Of a stretch of 50,718 nt of DNA, positions 39,258 to 47,752 are shown one piece after another (the stretch's first letter is position 1; each line of letters opens with the position of its first letter). The notes below the pieces were generated by a model. The model saw only the letters and a program-made list of their open reading frames with translations, ran no database searches and was not told the origin of the DNA. The stretch is taken from contig JBHGNT010000219.1 of the NCBI GenBank assembly GCA_043228905.1, positions 1-50,718 on the forward strand, in the 5' to 3' direction. Origin of the DNA: Azolla caroliniana. Lineage: Eukaryota; Plantae; Polypodiophyta. The position numbers and the translations under genes were made by a program.

Positions 39258-39844
39258 TTTATGCTTCCTTCTTTAGCAGCCCTGACTTCTGCCATTGCCG
39301 TTTCTAATCTTCGTGGGACGGACATAAGACGGTCTGTAATTCGTCTTGTATGTGACGACCTGTTGACAGAATTTCTTCTGCGTTCTTGGCCCTCATAATC
39401 TCTGTTTTCAGTCAGCGATTTCCAAATGAGTATTTGCTCTATCTTGTCGAACAGTGCTTCATAATCAAATGGTTTAAGTATTATTTCGGCCCCAACTTTC
39501 TTAACTTCATTACGAATTAAAATCGTTGCATAGCCGGAGATAAATACGATAGGAATGTTCGGATAGTTCTTTCTGATTTCTCGGGCCGCTGTTATTCCAG
39601 TTAATCTAGGCCCGTCTTCGGGGTTTTGATTAAGATAATTCACATCGGCAACTACTACATCGAAGCATTGTTTATCCGAACTGCATACTTCGTTCATTTT
39701 GTTTATTATACCTCGGGCCGTTGTGACCGAATCACAAGACCATCCTCGGCCCTTGGCATACCACTCTAGTAATCTGACAGTTTCGGGGTCATCATCTGCA
39801 AATAAGATGAAAGGGACATTATCTCTCATAAAGCAAGACTCCAT
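39254..39844 (-). CDS. Response-regulator receiver (CheY-like) protein with Arg-rich tail
   Basis: ILFADDD, FDVVVADV (phosphoacceptor Asp), TGITAAREIR, PIVFISGY, ILKPF. Confidence 0.9.
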   Translation of the reverse strand: MESCFMRDNVPFILFADDDPETVRLLEWYAKGRGWSCDSVTTARGIINKMNEVCSSDKQCFDVVVADVNYLNQNPEDGPRLTGITAAREIRKNYPNIPIVFISGYATILIRNEVKKVGAEIILKPFDYEALFDKIEQILIWKSLTENRDYEGQERRRNSVNRSSHTRRITDRLMSVPRRLETAMAEVRAAKEGSIK

Positions 39845-40254
39845 TATTTCTGCCCGTCTTCTACTTCTTCAACAAGTTTACGAATACGGGCCTGTTGTCG
39901 TTCACATTTATCTTTCAAAGTTTCTATTTCCATTTCTATTAGGCCTTTCTTTTCCCAAAAAGTAAATAACTCTTGAAGGTTGATTCCCGCAAGAGTTTTA
40001 TATTCCACAGAAACACTTTCCAACTCTTCTTGAATTTCGACCCGTTTCTTGCGTTCGTCAGCAAGTTCGGTATCGCGGGACTTTACTAACTTCTCATTAG
40101 CATCGGCCCTTTTAGATTCCACTTCCCTAACATCTTCTCTTTTTTTAGAGAAGATTATAATTAGGGCCGTAGCGAGAAGCATCACAACCACTAACCAAAA
40201 CCATATTTCTTTAGCTATCAGACTCTCTTGGAGAAATATTATTAGATTCAACAC
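39844..40254 (-). CDS. Membrane protein with TM plus coiled coil (holin- or spanin-like accessory)
   Basis: IWFWLVVVMLLATALIIIF followed by a charged coiled coil. Confidence 0.6.
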   Translation of the reverse strand: MLNLIIFLQESLIAKEIWFWLVVVMLLATALIIIFSKKREDVREVESKRADANEKLVKSRDTELADERKKRVEIQEELESVSVEYKTLAGINLQELFTFWEKKGLIEMEIETLKDKCERQQARIRKLVEEVEDGQK

Positions 40255-40552
40255 TTGTAGTCCCCCGTGATTTTAGTGGAAAATAAGCCCCTACCCATTC
40301 GACTTTATCGTGAGGAAGAGCAACCCCCACAGGTAAAGGCCCTATAAAATAGTGTTCATCCCGGCACATTGCAATCGCTTCTTGCTCGTCAAAAGACAAT
40401 CCTTGCAAATGCCATTCAGCGTATGCAGGGACAACCTGCATTTCTTCGATTGGTTCTCTTCTGATTACGACCCAAATCATATTCAAAATGTTACCAGTAT
40501 GTTTTCTCATAGTGCTACCCGTTGTCCCTACGTCTTGAATTGAAAGTCCCAC
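40211..40552 (-). CDS. Hypothetical protein (true start may be downstream)
   Basis: WHLQGLSFDEQEAIAMC..YFIGPLPVG. Confidence 0.55.
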   Translation of the reverse strand: MGLSIQDVGTTGSTMRKHTGNILNMIWVVIRREPIEEMQVVPAYAEWHLQGLSFDEQEAIAMCRDEHYFIGPLPVGVALPHDKVEWVGAYFPLKSRGTTSVESNNISPRESDS

Positions 40553-40556
40553 AGTC

Positions 40557-41891
40557 TTACTCCGAAGTCTTTTTGATTAAAGCAATCAATGTTTCAATCT
40601 GTTTGTTCTGCATTTCGATAACTGCTCTCAAGTCTTCGATGTCAGTGTTCTTTCGTTGGTTGTCGTCCCCGTCTATCTTGTCAATCACTTGACCGACCCC
40701 GGGGACAAATTCACCCGCAACCTTGCCGATGTTAATGTATCTTTGAGGGTCTTTCCAGTTCTTCCCGCCTAAGATTCGACCAAGGCCCGCTAACTCGACT
40801 GGTGGTAACTGTTCCCCTTGTTGTGTAGATGCTGTGGCCCAAATTGCATTGGATTGAATCTTACCGCGACTGTTGATATAATTGTTCAAGACGGGAACAA
40901 GCATTAAAAGAGGGCCTAAAATCTCAAGAACCCGGACAATCGTTGTAAATACATTTTCCACTTGAACCGTTGAATAATTAAATCCTAAGAAAGAAAGCAA
41001 GAAAGCAACTACCGCAAAAGCAACCGTCATTTGTCCCTGTGATGTTTGATAACCGGGGACGATTATATCAGTAATGGGATTCTTTGTTTCCATCAAAGTC
41101 CCTTCAACCTCTCGGTCTATTTCATTTTGTTCAATCATAATATCTTCTCCAATTGGGCCTTCTTCTGCAAGCACCGTAATATCCGGCCGGGGGATTACGC
41201 TTGTTGACAAAGAGTTGTCGGCTCTGTTCGGTTCTACTGTGACGTGATTAGAAATCGGTTGCGGTGTTTCTGCAACTGAAACAACAGATAAAGATGATTT
41301 ATCGAGGGCCTTGTATTTGTTAGCTACCAGTTGGCAGTTATACATATAGTAAGGTGAATGTGTTTTGATTCCGCTCGTTGTTCCGTCCCACGTTTTCCCG
41401 CTATTCCATATATGACATATTTGCGCGAAGTTTCTTTTTTTAAGAAAACTTCTCATTCTTTCATCAGCTAAAAGGAATTTCGCACAAAAACCATAGTGAA
41501 GTTTGGGATTGCGAAGGTCGGCTATCGTGGCCCCTTTCAAAACGGATAGGACGTAGTAACCCATAATCTGTGTCTGTCCCCAAGAAACAGATAAATTATA
41601 GATTGTTTCATTCGACAAATCTTTTAACATTGACTTGGTAATGTTATTGTATTTGTAATTCAAAAACCCGTCCCTTACTCTGATAAGTTTCTCATAGACA
41701 CCTTTTTCAAAGCGATAAGACGTTTTTGCGGGGAACTCGTTACAGTTAGGATTTTCCATTCCTGTAAGGCCCGCTAGATATTCTGCCGGAATTAAGAAAT
41801 CAGCAGAAATCCTTGCGATTTGAGGCCCGTATTTATTGTATATTCTTAATGCAATAGTTTGGGCCGTTGATTCAGTATATTTGTTACTCAT
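40557..41891 (-). CDS. Endolysin (N-acetylmuramidase, DUF3380-like) fused to a C-terminal two-TM holin-like domain
   Basis: RFEKGVY and SWGQTQIMGYY muramidase motifs; PGYQTSQ followed by two hydrophobic helices. Confidence 0.8.
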   Translation of the reverse strand: MSNKYTESTAQTIALRIYNKYGPQIARISADFLIPAEYLAGLTGMENPNCNEFPAKTSYRFEKGVYEKLIRVRDGFLNYKYNNITKSMLKDLSNETIYNLSVSWGQTQIMGYYVLSVLKGATIADLRNPKLHYGFCAKFLLADERMRSFLKKRNFAQICHIWNSGKTWDGTTSGIKTHSPYYMYNCQLVANKYKALDKSSLSVVSVAETPQPISNHVTVEPNRADNSLSTSVIPRPDITVLAEEGPIGEDIMIEQNEIDREVEGTLMETKNPITDIIVPGYQTSQGQMTVAFAVVAFLLSFLGFNYSTVQVENVFTTIVRVLEILGPLLMLVPVLNNYINSRGKIQSNAIWATASTQQGEQLPPVELAGLGRILGGKNWKDPQRYINIGKVAGEFVPGVGQVIDKIDGDDNQRKNTDIEDLRAVIEMQNKQIETLIALIKKTSE

Positions 41892-41927
41892 TTGAAACCT
41901 CGTTTTGATGTAATTAAAGTCACCGTT

Positions 41928-41956
41928 ATAGTAGCATTTATCTGATATTTATTCAA
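41928..41956 (-). promoter_or_regulatory. Sigma-70 promoter for the lysis/terminase operon
   Basis: TTGAAT-N17-TACTAT with an extended -10 TG. Confidence 0.6.
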
Positions 41957-42175
41957 TATTGACGTTTTATTGTCCCTTGTAAACTTCCATAAATGCTTAT
42001 ATTGTCCCGTATTTTCTTGTTAAACCTTGTTAAACACCTTTATTTCTGCTGATTATTTCCGCATATTATAATCAGATTCGCTTTATTGTAAAAGACTATA
42101 CAGGTAGGTTTTTCGGGCCGGCCTTGGCGTATGGTTCTGTGGGGATAGACCTTATAGATGGGGACATAAAACGAT

Positions 42176-42265
42176 AACTTTTGAGATTTGAAAAAACTGA
42201 TATAATTCGTGAGGAAATACAATGCAAGACCAAACTTTTGAGATTTGAAAAAACTGATATAATTC
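42176..42265. repeat. Exact 33-bp direct repeat, each copy with TGnTATAAT
   Basis: AACTTTTGAGATTTGAAAAAACTGATATAATTC at 42176 and 42233. Confidence 0.9.
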
Positions 42266-42463
42266 TTATGTTGGGTTACAACGGCCCCTCGTCCCTGTCC
42301 CTGCTTTCGTCCATTCGGGCGTGTGTGTATGTGTATCAATACCGCGTCATACGCGCCGGATTCTTACCGCGTGTGTGCGCGTCCCTGTGTTCAATACCGC
42401 GTCCGTGTGTGCGATTTCTATTCTCTTTTTCGCTTTGTTGTCCCTTGTCTGTTTTCATCCAAT

Positions 42464-42583
42464 GTTACACTTTTTGTCATACACTTTGTTCACTATTCGT
42501 TTGCCTTGAACTTGTAAATCGTTTATTTGCAATGGTTTATCGGTGACATTTTTTGTCACGCCGGAAGTGACAAAGTTTGTTAG
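42464..42583. promoter_or_regulatory. Enhancer-like palindromic sites GTGACA-N5-TGTCAC
   Basis: Perfect copy 42543-42559; variants 42567-42583 (GTGACA-N5-TGTTAG) and 42464-42480 (GTTACA-N5-TGTCAT). Confidence 0.65.
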
Positions 42584-42677
42584 TTTTTGGTTGTTTTTAG
42601 GTTATAAGGATAACGCGCATACGCATACGCGTAGGGGACTTTTTGTTAATTGTTGCAAATAAAGACTTTAACATTTG

Positions 42678-42693
42678 TGGCACGACGTTCGCA
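42678..42693 (+). promoter_or_regulatory. Sigma-54 (RpoN) -24/-12 promoter
   Basis: TGGCACGACGTTCGCA versus consensus TGGCACG-N4-TTGCW: one mismatch, correct GG-N10-GC spacing. Confidence 0.7.
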
Positions 42694-42703
42694 TATAACA
42701 TTT

Positions 42704-43440
42704 TCGTCGGTAACGGCGTTTGACAATATGGCAAGGGACAAACGGACAATACGCAAGGCGTATCGAGTTTGTTAGCGTAAAGAATAACAAGCAAACTTTG
42801 CCATCAAAAAAAGCAATGGAAAATGATTCCAGTCAATTTTTCACGTTCCCGTGTAAAACGTAGTGATTACGCCATAAGCGGAAGGGACAAAGTAGCTTTT
42901 CAAAGTAGCAAAGGACGGACAAGAAAAATGCGGTAAAACCGCGCTTGTTTGTTCATACTGTAAACCGTAGTGATACGATATATCAGGGACGCAAAAAAAC
43001 GTAGTGATACGGTAATACTTGCGTGTTTACCGAAACGAAAGTGAAACGAAACCGTAAATAAGGGACGAAAAAACAAGATGAACCTTAGTGAATTATGAGC
43101 GAATCTGTCATTTACTGATTAAAAATGATTGTCCCTAACGTGGTAAAACCGCGTGAAGGGACGACAAAACGTCCTAAAATGCTTTCTTAATAGAGTTAAT
43201 CGGAGAACCATAGTCGAAAGACGCGTCTTTACTTGTAGGGACGTTGGCTTATTATGGCGTTTCAATCACGTTAAATAAGTCCCTATATATGCGGAATATA
43301 TAGTGTAAATCAGTATCCGTGAACACTTAGGGACGTAGTGAAAATAATCACTTTGCTACGTTTTGAGTCCTGTTTTTTAATTCCAAAAGACAGGAAAGAA
43401 TTGTCCCTTTTTTGAGATAATTTTTTCCCGTCTTTTGGAC
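42704..43440 (+). ncRNA. Large highly structured noncoding RNA (family unassigned)
   Basis: No plus-strand ORF of 60 aa or more; more than 15 helices, GNRA tetraloops, G.U pairs favouring the plus strand, long-range helix 42863-42877/43252-43269. The 3' end is approximate. Confidence 0.75.
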
Positions 43441-43495
43441 GTAAAACTAAATTAAAAGTCCCTAGCTTTGGGACGTGAATCTAAAAGCTAAAATA

Positions 43496-44392
43496 ATGTT
43501 AAATGCAGAACAAATCGCGCAAATCGCGCAAATCGTGTCCCTTTCCGTCGTCAATGGTTTAAGTGCAATGAGCAATGCGAAAACCGAAACGAAACCTTCA
43601 AAAGTCGTCCCTTCCAAGTCCGCAAAAACGGTCGTTTCCCGTCCCGTTTCAACGTCTCCTGTCCCTTCCGTGTCAATCGGTTCAAGAATTGACAAAAACG
43701 GTAATTTCGTTGCTACGGTCGGCGGAGACGGTCGTTTGCGTATTCCGTCTGAAATCTTTGAGCAATTCGGCGATGATGACGGCGAAATCGTGATTGACCG
43801 ACAAGTAAAACGTGGCGTTGCATCGGACAATGGACGCGCAAAATTGACCGTAAAATACGCAAGTCCGGCTGATGAAGTGTTATTCACACGAAACAAGAAA
43901 GACAATTCATTCAAGGGCGTTGTTTTGGGCGAAATCGCGGAAAAGGCAGTCCCTTCCAAGTCATCAAAAGTGATGCCAAAAGTCGTCCCTTCCAAGTCGG
44001 CGAAAAAAGCTGAAAAAGGCGATTCGGTCGCTGAATGGGCAAAGCGTTTTGAGCAAGCTGATAAGCCGAAAACATCCGTGAAAGTGAAAATTCAATCAAA
44101 AACTTCAAAAGTTGTCCCTTCAAAACCAGTCCCTTCAACGTCATCCGATGTTGCTGATTTGTATGAATTTGCTGTCGAATGTGCCTTGCCGAATTACGAA
44201 AATGAAGAGTTTGTTTCGCGTTGTGTCAATCTTGGAGATGATGACATCCGTTTCTATATGACACGCGCTGACAAGAAAACATTCAATCAGACCTTGTATC
44301 GCTTGATTCAAGGGACGGAAAAACGTGTCCCTTCAATTGAAGAATATGCAGAACACGGTCGTCAAGCTATGGCGTTTATGCTTAATTCATAA
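43496..44392 (+). CDS. Early protein with AbrB/MraZ-like motif and Lys/Ser/Pro-rich KVVPSK repeats
   Basis: ATVGGDGRLRIPSEIFEQFG swapped-hairpin-like motif flanked by basic repeats. Confidence 0.7.
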   Translation: MLNAEQIAQIAQIVSLSVVNGLSAMSNAKTETKPSKVVPSKSAKTVVSRPVSTSPVPSVSIGSRIDKNGNFVATVGGDGRLRIPSEIFEQFGDDDGEIVIDRQVKRGVASDNGRAKLTVKYASPADEVLFTRNKKDNSFKGVVLGEIAEKAVPSKSSKVMPKVVPSKSAKKAEKGDSVAEWAKRFEQADKPKTSVKVKIQSKTSKVVPSKPVPSTSSDVADLYEFAVECALPNYENEEFVSRCVNLGDDDIRFYMTRADKKTFNQTLYRLIQGTEKRVPSIEEYAEHGRQAMAFMLNS

Positions 44393-44410
44393 TCCCTTCC
44401 ATAGTCAATT

Positions 44411-44523
44411 ATGGTAATTACTGCTAATTACCATCAAACATCAGTAAAAACGGGATGACAAGCAAAGTTTGAGTTTGTCGTCTCGTTTTGAGTTAGGGAC
44501 TGAATTTTCAATTCGTCCCTTTT
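44411..44523 (+). other. Three consecutive RNA hairpins, the last terminator-like
   Basis: ATGGTAATTA-CTGC-TAATTACCAT; 17-bp G.U-containing stem 44447-44489; AGGGAC..GTCCCT-TTT 44495-44523. Confidence 0.65.
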
Positions 44524-44593
44524 AGTGTATCATATCCGAAACAATTCAAACTTAACCAAAACGCATTATGCGCGTTTCAAAACAAACAAACGT

Positions 44594-44930
44594 ATGTCAA
44601 CTATCAAACCAACGAAAAAACCAGTCAAAGTTATCAAAAAAGGCGAAATCAAGCCTTTTTACCCCGTAGTGACAGAAGAAACGATACTTGTTTCTCCGAC
44701 AAAACAAGTCCCTAATCCGTTATCTGATGAAAATACCGATGAATTGTCCCGCGAACAAAAGATAGCGCAAATGACAATTAAAGAAAAACGTCCCGAAAAA
44801 GAACGTCAAATCGAACGTAATGTTCTCAACTGGACTCTTGAATTACGGGCGAAAAAGGCACGAAACGAAAGTATTTGCGTCCCTTTTGCCGTTACTTTAC
44901 CGTCCCTGTTACCTTCACGAAACGGTGAAT
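44594..44930 (+). CDS. Hypothetical protein
   Basis: ATG at 44594 (MSTIKP) within the ORF annotated from 44525; the end coordinate is approximate. Confidence 0.55.
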
Positions 44931-45026
44931 AACTGGAAAACCGCACGAGTTGTTCATAAATTGTCCCTTTAATCCGTGTCCCTTGTGACTCTTTCACGGT
45001 CGGTTAATCCGTGAATAAACTTTAAT

Positions 45027-45347
45027 ATGCAGACCCAAAACCAAAACAATCGAAACCCTGTAAAAATCGTCCCTGTAAATGAATCTTCTGTCAATTGCAA
45101 GTCCCTTGTTGATGCCACTGATTGTATCGAAATCGGCGACATCAAGTTTCACTATGCGTCCCTTGCGAAAGAGGGACTCGTTGACCGCATCGAGAACGGC
45201 GTTTCCGTCTTCGATGTGCGTCCCTTTGACCGCAATATGTTCCCGTTCTTGAGGGACAATGAAATCATTCAAGTCCGGCTTCGTTTTCGTCACACTCAAG
45301 TCGTCATCGAATATGTGAAGGACTTGAACAAAATCCTTATCAAATAA
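45027..45347 (+). CDS. Hypothetical protein
   Basis: 106 aa. Confidence 0.6.
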   Translation: MQTQNQNNRNPVKIVPVNESSVNCKSLVDATDCIEIGDIKFHYASLAKEGLVDRIENGVSVFDVRPFDRNMFPFLRDNEIIQVRLRFRHTQVVIEYVKDLNKILIK

Positions 45348-45460
45348 GGATTTTAGTGTCCCTTATGTTCGTAATACGATACCGAATTACAGTGAAAATC
45401 CAGTGTCCCTGTAATTCGTAATGGTTTTATGAACCAAATTCAAAATCAAAGGTTAAAGTT

Positions 45461-45877
45461 ATGGCAAACAAACGAAATTATTCATACCTTGTCCCTAAAG
45501 TCCGCTCAAATGTTCGTATCGGAAAACATTCGGCATCGAACGTGAGAGCGAGTTACTCGAAAGGGACAACACTTGCTTCGGTTCGAGGGACTTCAACCGC
45601 GAACTACAAAGCGTCCCTGTTGTTCGGTTCTGCGTCCTTACGGGACGCCGAAATTCGTGAAGACGAAGAACGCATCGAACGTGGGGACGAACTTCGTTTC
45701 AAACGAACTATCGAAAAAGAGTTCGCTTTACATAAAAGTCCCCGTAAACAGACCGCTCAAAATGCCGACTACTGGCGAAGGGTCAAATTGCTGATGACGA
45801 AAACGGGAGTGTCCCTTGAAGACGCTCAAACCACAATCAATTCACTGGATGACGGGGACTTTCGTCCCTGCAAATAA
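45461..45877 (+). CDS. Hypothetical basic protein
   Basis: 138 aa following a long hairpin. Confidence 0.65.
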   Translation: MANKRNYSYLVPKVRSNVRIGKHSASNVRASYSKGTTLASVRGTSTANYKASLLFGSASLRDAEIREDEERIERGDELRFKRTIEKEFALHKSPRKQTAQNADYWRRVKLLMTKTGVSLEDAQTTINSLDDGDFRPCK

Positions 45878-45886
45878 GGAGATGAC

Positions 45887-46111
45887 GTGATAAGAAAGTT
45901 TCCGCGAGATTGTTTGTGCAGGGACAAACGCTATATGTATCGTTTCAAGTTCGATGCAGAGGGGTTTCCGTCCCTCTTGATAGTGTTTGCGAATAACAAA
46001 CGAGAAGCACAGGTCTTTATGCAAAGACATTTCAAGTCCCCGAAATTCGAGGGACACGTTGTTGTCGAAAGAAGGGTCAACCGTTATTACGGTGAACCGT
46101 TAAGCGAGTAG
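45887..46111 (+). CDS. Hypothetical protein
   Basis: AGGAG SD, GTG start, 74 aa. Confidence 0.6.
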   Translation: MIRKFPRDCLCRDKRYMYRFKFDAEGFPSLLIVFANNKREAQVFMQRHFKSPKFEGHVVVERRVNRYYGEPLSE

Positions 46112-46122
46112 GGACTGCGTTA

Positions 46123-47469
46123 GTGTCCCTTAATAGAATAAATATGTCAATATTTACCGGCTACACAATCGAAGAGATTCAGACCGCACTGGTCAATCGT
46201 TTTGCGTCCCTTAAAGGCGAAGAGTTGGATGCAACTAAAATCGTTGCAATGATTCAGTCCCTTGACTATCGAAACAAGTTCGACATCAAGGATGTGTTCA
46301 GTCCCTTCAAGGATAACGACTCGATACTGGAACAGAAAGAAGTCCCTGCTTCGTATGTAGAACTTCAACTTCACAATCGCACAGTCCCCGAGATTACTGT
46401 TATGCGACCCTTTTACGTCCCTACGGGTTATGTTCCCGATATGTATTCGGAACTGTTCGCTTTATTCATACAGGCGACCGAAACGAGTCCCTTACTGCTG
46501 AATATTTCGGGGACGCAAAAGCAAATCAAGATAATCTTCGACCTTAATAAATGTCGCGGATATTACAAGATGCAGATAGTTCGCGGATTCGGACAGCAAA
46601 ACCTTAACGGGGACTATTCCAACGGATATGTATTCGAGGAATATATAGGGACAACAAATCCGCTTCGTCAAGAGTTCGATGACGTAGTGAAAGTCACTGA
46701 CGTTGATTATGACGGGGACAATGATTACAGTTCGGTCTGCAATGACTGTTACGAAAGACTCAAGTTGAATTACCTTGAGGGACGGGACTTTACGGTGTCT
46801 GAATACCAAGACGATACTTGGTGCGTTAATTACAACTGTCCCTCTGACATTACGGATTTGAAAAAAGGCAAGCAACTGTCCCGTATGATATTTTTTCTTG
46901 ACGGGAAAGGTTGGGACGACTTTGTTGTTCACGGGACGTATGGAGTATCAAACTCAATCGGTTACGAAGTGCAAATGAGCGATTGCGGTGAATCTGCGAG
47001 ATTTCGTTATCCGAAAGAACACAAGGGACAGACAATTCAGTTCGTAACCGAGTGGTTCGAGATTGAATACGTCCCTGATGAAGACGACCTCGAAGATACG
47101 AAACCGGTTATTGACCCTAAAGGTTACAATGTGGACTTAGGTTTGGTTATGAGAGTTCACAATTACGTCCCTAACAATACGGAAATGATAGAGGAAGACA
47201 AACTGTCCCTGCCGGACTCGAAAGAGATTTATCGTGAAAACAATAATCGTTTGTGGACGTTCACGAATACCGCAGGGACTACGGACTTTGCGGGGACGGT
47301 CGGTATCGAAACCATTTATCACATAGATTATCCGAACTATGTGAAACACGAGAACGGTAGAGAAGTCGTTTTGTGGGAAACGCCCGAATCGTTTCGTCCC
47401 TCATTCAAACAAAAAACATTGGAGTTGATGCGAGAACATTATGAAAAACAAGAAACCAAAACCGCATAA
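46123..47469 (+). CDS. Hypothetical multidomain protein
   Basis: 448-aa ORF, acidic, CNDC...C..C motif. Confidence 0.7.
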   Translation: MSLNRINMSIFTGYTIEEIQTALVNRFASLKGEELDATKIVAMIQSLDYRNKFDIKDVFSPFKDNDSILEQKEVPASYVELQLHNRTVPEITVMRPFYVPTGYVPDMYSELFALFIQATETSPLLLNISGTQKQIKIIFDLNKCRGYYKMQIVRGFGQQNLNGDYSNGYVFEEYIGTTNPLRQEFDDVVKVTDVDYDGDNDYSSVCNDCYERLKLNYLEGRDFTVSEYQDDTWCVNYNCPSDITDLKKGKQLSRMIFFLDGKGWDDFVVHGTYGVSNSIGYEVQMSDCGESARFRYPKEHKGQTIQFVTEWFEIEYVPDEDDLEDTKPVIDPKGYNVDLGLVMRVHNYVPNNTEMIEEDKLSLPDSKEIYRENNNRLWTFTNTAGTTDFAGTVGIETIYHIDYPNYVKHENGREVVLWETPESFRPSFKQKTLELMREHYEKQETKTA

Positions 47470-47749
47470 AGAATGGTTTATGGAGTTGAAACTGAAAGTC
47501 TGTCCCCACTGTAAAACAAAGAACACAGTAGGGACAGTTTGGGCGTGGGGTGAATATCACAACACGAAATGGAACACAGTGGACAAGTTCTGTGATAACT
47601 GCTTTGAAGAGAAACTTGTTGTCCCTTTAACAGAGCATATCAAGTCTTGTGGTTGCTCTGTCATCTTTTCAGCGAGAATGGGTTATTCACTGTCTGATAA
47701 GTTGTTGAATTTACAGGCAAAGTTAAACGAAACTTGCAAAATTGTCTGA
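47441..47749 (+). CDS. Zinc-binding hypothetical protein
   Basis: CPHC...FCDNC...HIKSCGC. Confidence 0.7.
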   Translation: MKNKKPKPHKEWFMELKLKVCPHCKTKNTVGTVWAWGEYHNTKWNTVDKFCDNCFEEKLVVPLTEHIKSCGCSVIFSARMGYSLSDKLLNLQAKLNETCKIV

Positions 47750-47752
47750 ATT

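Noticed and set aside
42176-42265. Mini CRISPR array (33-bp repeat, 24-bp spacer)
   Set aside because: Only two copies, non-palindromic, promoter-like content, no cas genes.
42040-42794. Short ORFs in the divergent intergenic region
   Set aside because: Low-complexity translations overlapping repeats and regulatory sites, with no SD.
42704-43440. Group I or II intron, RNase P or tmRNA identity for the large RNA
   Set aside because: It does not interrupt a gene. P-, Q- and S-like words (GTGAATT, AATCAGTA, CATAGTC) are in the wrong order with no R element. No group II domain V, no GAGGAAAGTCC and no tRNA-like ends were seen. Infernal is needed to exclude these formally.
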